A DNA stretch of 64,000 bases from the NCBI GenBank assembly GCA_020536535.1, contig JAHLWZ010000346.1:1-64000 (forward strand), in the 5' to 3' direction. Position numbers and translations under genes: made by a program. Origin of the DNA: Pelomyxa schiedti (taxonomy: Eukaryota > Protista > Evosea). Positions 60,378 through 64,000 of the stretch are shown in pieces. Each line of letters starts with the position of its first letter. The stretch's first letter is position 1. The notes below the pieces were generated by a model that made no database searches, had not been told where the DNA came from, and saw nothing but the letters and a program-made list of their open reading frames with translations.

Positions 60378-63300
60378 TTAAATGGGGTCCTCTATTGCCG
60401 TAGAGTATATGGGCTTGGGGGCTTCTTGTTTGTGGGCATGTTCTTCCCCAAAGGCGGCCTTTCTGGTCTTGTAGGCCTCTTCTAGCTGTGGGATGTAAGT
60501 CGCCTCCAACTCCCCAGCGCATATTTCACATGAGGCAAGGTTGACCAAGTCAGAAGCTATTGTGGGATGATCACCTTTGTGCACCTGCCGGTTTATTGCC
60601 AAAGCCTGTTTGAAAAGGCTTACAGCTTGTGGAAAGTCCTCCCTTCTCTTGAATACATTGGCTAGGTTGGTGAACCTAATTGCATTTGATAAGCTGGATT
60701 CATAACTTGGACTATGCATACGCAATTGCAGTTTTTGGGTGAGCTTCCCCTTACAGCCTTTTCCTCATTTCAATTGTTTGTTCATACAACTGGACTGCTT
60801 CTTCTAGTTTCCCCATGTCATAATATACCTTGTAGAAGTCACGTGACTTCTGGATTGGGACATGTGCACTGATACCTGTCCCATGTTGGAAGTTACATCT
60901 GCGATATCAACATGTTGGTCTCCATACAGCTTCTTCAGGATAGCAAGTGCCTCCTTATAGAGAGGAAGACTGTCCCAGTGCCTCTTCCCATGGTGGAAGT
61001 ACAGGCCAGCCAGGTTATTGAGGCTATTATTTGTTTTAAGGAAACAAGTAAGGTAAAATAAAAAAAAAAACCTGTGTGCTATCAAGTCTGGTGGGCACCC
61101 TCTAGTTTTGCGTTTTATTTCCAGTGATTTTTTATGGTTAGCCTCAGATAGATCAATTTCCCCCTTTTTTTCATACAATCTACCAAGTAAATTGAGTGCA
61201 TAAGCGTGGGTAACATTGAATCCGAAGTGGAACTAATCAACATGGTGAGAAGGAGTGTGGCTTATAGGGACATACAGGCTCACTCATTGCCTGAGACGTA
61301 GTGGCAAAACTGAGTCCATCATCATACCGTGCTAAATAATACATCAACTCGCCGACACGGAAGTATCTATATGCTAAATCCTCTTTTTCCACAGAGGTCT
61401 GCGATGTAGCAAGGGTTAGTCACAAAAGAGGATGTGAGTAATGGGTTTGCCATTTTGTCTAAGGTGGCGTGGTATAGCTTTGCCATGGAATCATCTTTGG
61501 CAGTGGCGTACCAGAACTTGTAAAGTGTGTATTTAGTTTCATCATTATACCAAAAGTCGAATGTTTCCCACAGGGATAGACAGCGTGCTAATCGGTCTTT
61601 TTCTTGCATTTCCTTATGGCAGTGTAAAAAACGCACTAAATATTTAAGAAGGTACACACCAGTAAGATTACTGGTAGCACTCTTGCTCGGCGCGTTGGTT
61701 CGACTTGATCAGATTCAAATAAAGTGGCCACAAGTGTCAGACACGCCTTGGGAACAATGGAAGAGAAAACTGAGTCCCTAATAAGAGAAGGGAGAAATTT
61801 CTGGAACCCAGCAAAACCTTTTTTAAAGAGACTATGTGCAAAGGTGAGAGAGCTCCCTTCTGCAGATTTTGCAAGGAAAACTGAGAGAGATTGCCTTCAG
61901 GTGTGTTGGATTGTTACAAAGAATAGATACTAGTTCTTACCTTAGGGAAACAAACTCTGATGGGGAAATTCCGAGTGCCATCTGCATTTCCGGTTCATAC
62001 AATGCTGAGAACCCATATCAGTCAAAGCAATAAAAGAAAAATGGGCCTTACACTCAGGGCAGTGTGTCAATATTCCGAGAAAGTTGTCTACTGCTACGGC
62101 ACTATTTTCCCCTTTGATCCGATTGTATATTTGCTTAAGGAGGCCCGGAATAGTTGGAGACATATTCCGTATAAATGTCGTAACCTTGACAGCGAGTAAG
62201 TGAGAGTGCAACAACTGCGGGATTTGAAAACCTGCTCAAATATTCCAAACACTCTCAATTCCTCACAAGCAAGAACCAGATAGAGTGGCGACTGCTGTGC
62301 GTCATATTTTTCTATAAGCAACCTCATCTGCTTGTTGTTATCGTGACATTCGGGCTACAAAAGAGATACTTGTTCAGAGTCTAATTGTTTGTTACTCTCC
62401 CGTAAATGGGTAGAAATGATTTCCTCAGCCTTGTGACATTGAGCACGAATTGTGCTTGTCACTTTCATTTTAGGAAACGCGAAAGTGAAAGGGCCACAGG
62501 AGGTAAACATTATTGAAACATTAGGCCAATTTGAGAGCCACCAGTCGGGCACTGGATGCTTGGAACGGTTATTGCTTTCGTTATAAGGGGAGTAAACAAA
62601 CGTCAGAGCTTTCTAGGGTATCTATGTCATCAATGCAAAGTAAAAATTTCTTGGGTAACTTGGATAACTTCCCAATAACACCCATTGCTATGCTGTGTAT
62701 AGAATCTTCTTCACCTTCAAGGCGTTTAAGACCACCCCATTCCTACAACACAAATGTCAATCAATTGCACAAACGAGTAATACAACCATGCATATGCGTC
62801 TCAATAAATTCATGCTGGTTTTCGAGCCTGGTCCCGCCCCTGCAAAATGTACCAGCACTTTCCACTTGGAATCCTTATGGGATTGTTCATCACCCACTAA
62901 AAGACTGTATTTCTAGGAACCTTGAGAACTTCTTGTTCAATTTCAGATAGAAGTGTAGACTTGCCAGAACCAGCACTCCCAGTAATTTGAATTATGGCTG
63001 GATGGGAGTCCCTGAGGGAAGAGAGAGCAAGCTGAACAGAACCAGTGGTATCATGAACACCTTACCGAGAAATAAGCATGGAACCATTGCAGAGTAAGGG
63101 TGAGTATTAGAACATAGTCTAGTTTTGTTTTCCAGCATTGAAGTATGTGGGAGTTTTGCCAAGAGGACAGGTTCTGGAGAAATGTGGTCTTCAGGGTACT
63201 GCTGTGAGATTGAAGTTTTTAAGAAGTTAAGCACCTTGGGTTTATTTTAGTTTATGGATTAAACAGGATTTGCACGATACTGTTGCCTCGAAGTCCTCCA

Positions 63301-64000
63301 TGTTGATCATTACAGGTTTTCCATCGGCTCCAACGTGGGAGAAAGTGCATGAATAGTCAAAACAGCTTGCAGGGAACCAAGATCTGACCTTAATTCCCAG
63401 GAAGTCACCACAATGAAAAAATACACTAAGAAGGAAACACCTTTCTTCGAAGTTGGTCGACAAATTCGTTGTGTTCTGCAGTGTCTTCTTTAAATTGGGG
63501 AAGAATTTCTCTGGGCAGTCTTGAAATTAACGAGGGATCACGCAACATGAAAACTGCATTCGGTGTACGTGTCCGACAGACTCCATGTAATATTTCCATT
63601 CCAGTTACAGAAAAGCCATCAATCCAATGGTACCTTGCTTGAATGGCCTGAGTAAAGGGTAATTCAAGTACATGAGATATTGGTCAATTACTGGAGGAAC
63701 TTGGTCATGTGTAGGTATCCAGCCACACCGACCACCAAGCAGTGATACAAAAAATGGGTGCCCATTTTCACTGATGCATCTATCAAGCTCTCCCAAACAC
63801 ACCCGCAGAGTATCACCCGATGCAGAGTCCTTGGGAACACCCCACCTCAAATCACATTCCACCAAGTGCAAACGCCTCTCAGAACACCATTTTCTTAGAA
63901 CTGGAAACACTCGTTTCACAAGGCATTCTCTTTCACTGTGCATATCTGCAAATGTGCTTGACACAAACACCCTGACAGTCTTCCACCCACGCAAACTGCT
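60378..64000 (-). CDS. DUF4062 + NACHT/AAA (STAND-like) + TPR protein, NPHP3/TEP1-like architecture; 5'-truncated
   Basis: VRVFVSSTFADMHSERECLVKRVFPVLRKWC...DLRWGV (DUF4062); Walker A ITGSAGSGKSTLL; kinesin-light-chain-type TPRs SLNNLAGLY...YKEALAILKKLYGDQHVDIA and AIRFTNLANVF...KQALAINRQVHKGDHPTIA. Confidence 0.88.

Noticed and set aside
61942-62214. Apparent zinc ribbon (CPEC...CMNRKC) in the STAND gene
   Set aside because: It arises from reading through an intron; the spliced frame continues ...QMALGISPSEFVSLR.

Overview
Gene-dense eukaryotic genomic DNA. Genes are interrupted by many short (mostly about 43-60 nt) GT-AG introns and use the standard code. No rRNA, tRNA or CRISPR array was recognised. 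The gene content includes a formin, RLP24, a CEP89-like centriolar protein, poly-Q/T/G low-complexity exons, and bacterial-type genes that have gained introns. This points to a protist, plausibly an anaerobic flagellated amoebozoan such as an Archamoeba (inference only). About 17 intron-containing genes were reconstructed by hand from the ORF track plus splice signals. Also present: a degenerate Ty3/Gypsy retrotransposon, a DDE transposase remnant, two copies of an 89-bp MITE with 4-bp target-site duplications, an Fe/Mn-SOD pseudogene and two 100-N scaffold gaps. Most notable: (1) a roughly 2154-aa pentapeptide-repeat/tankyrase-like PARP/TPR/kinase-like/LRR/HEAT protein hidden as two separate ORFs; (2) a prokaryote-type flavodoxin spliced in frame to a CaMK-type Ser/Thr kinase; (3) a Cys-less pentameric ligand-gated ion channel with an N-terminal SAM-like domain and no visible signal peptide; (4) a Firmicutes-type class III fructose-1,6-bisphosphatase with roughly 20 introns, including a 9-nt micro-exon and a GC-AG intron. 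All domain calls are from motif recognition by eye, not database searches. Gene boundaries are manual splice models.
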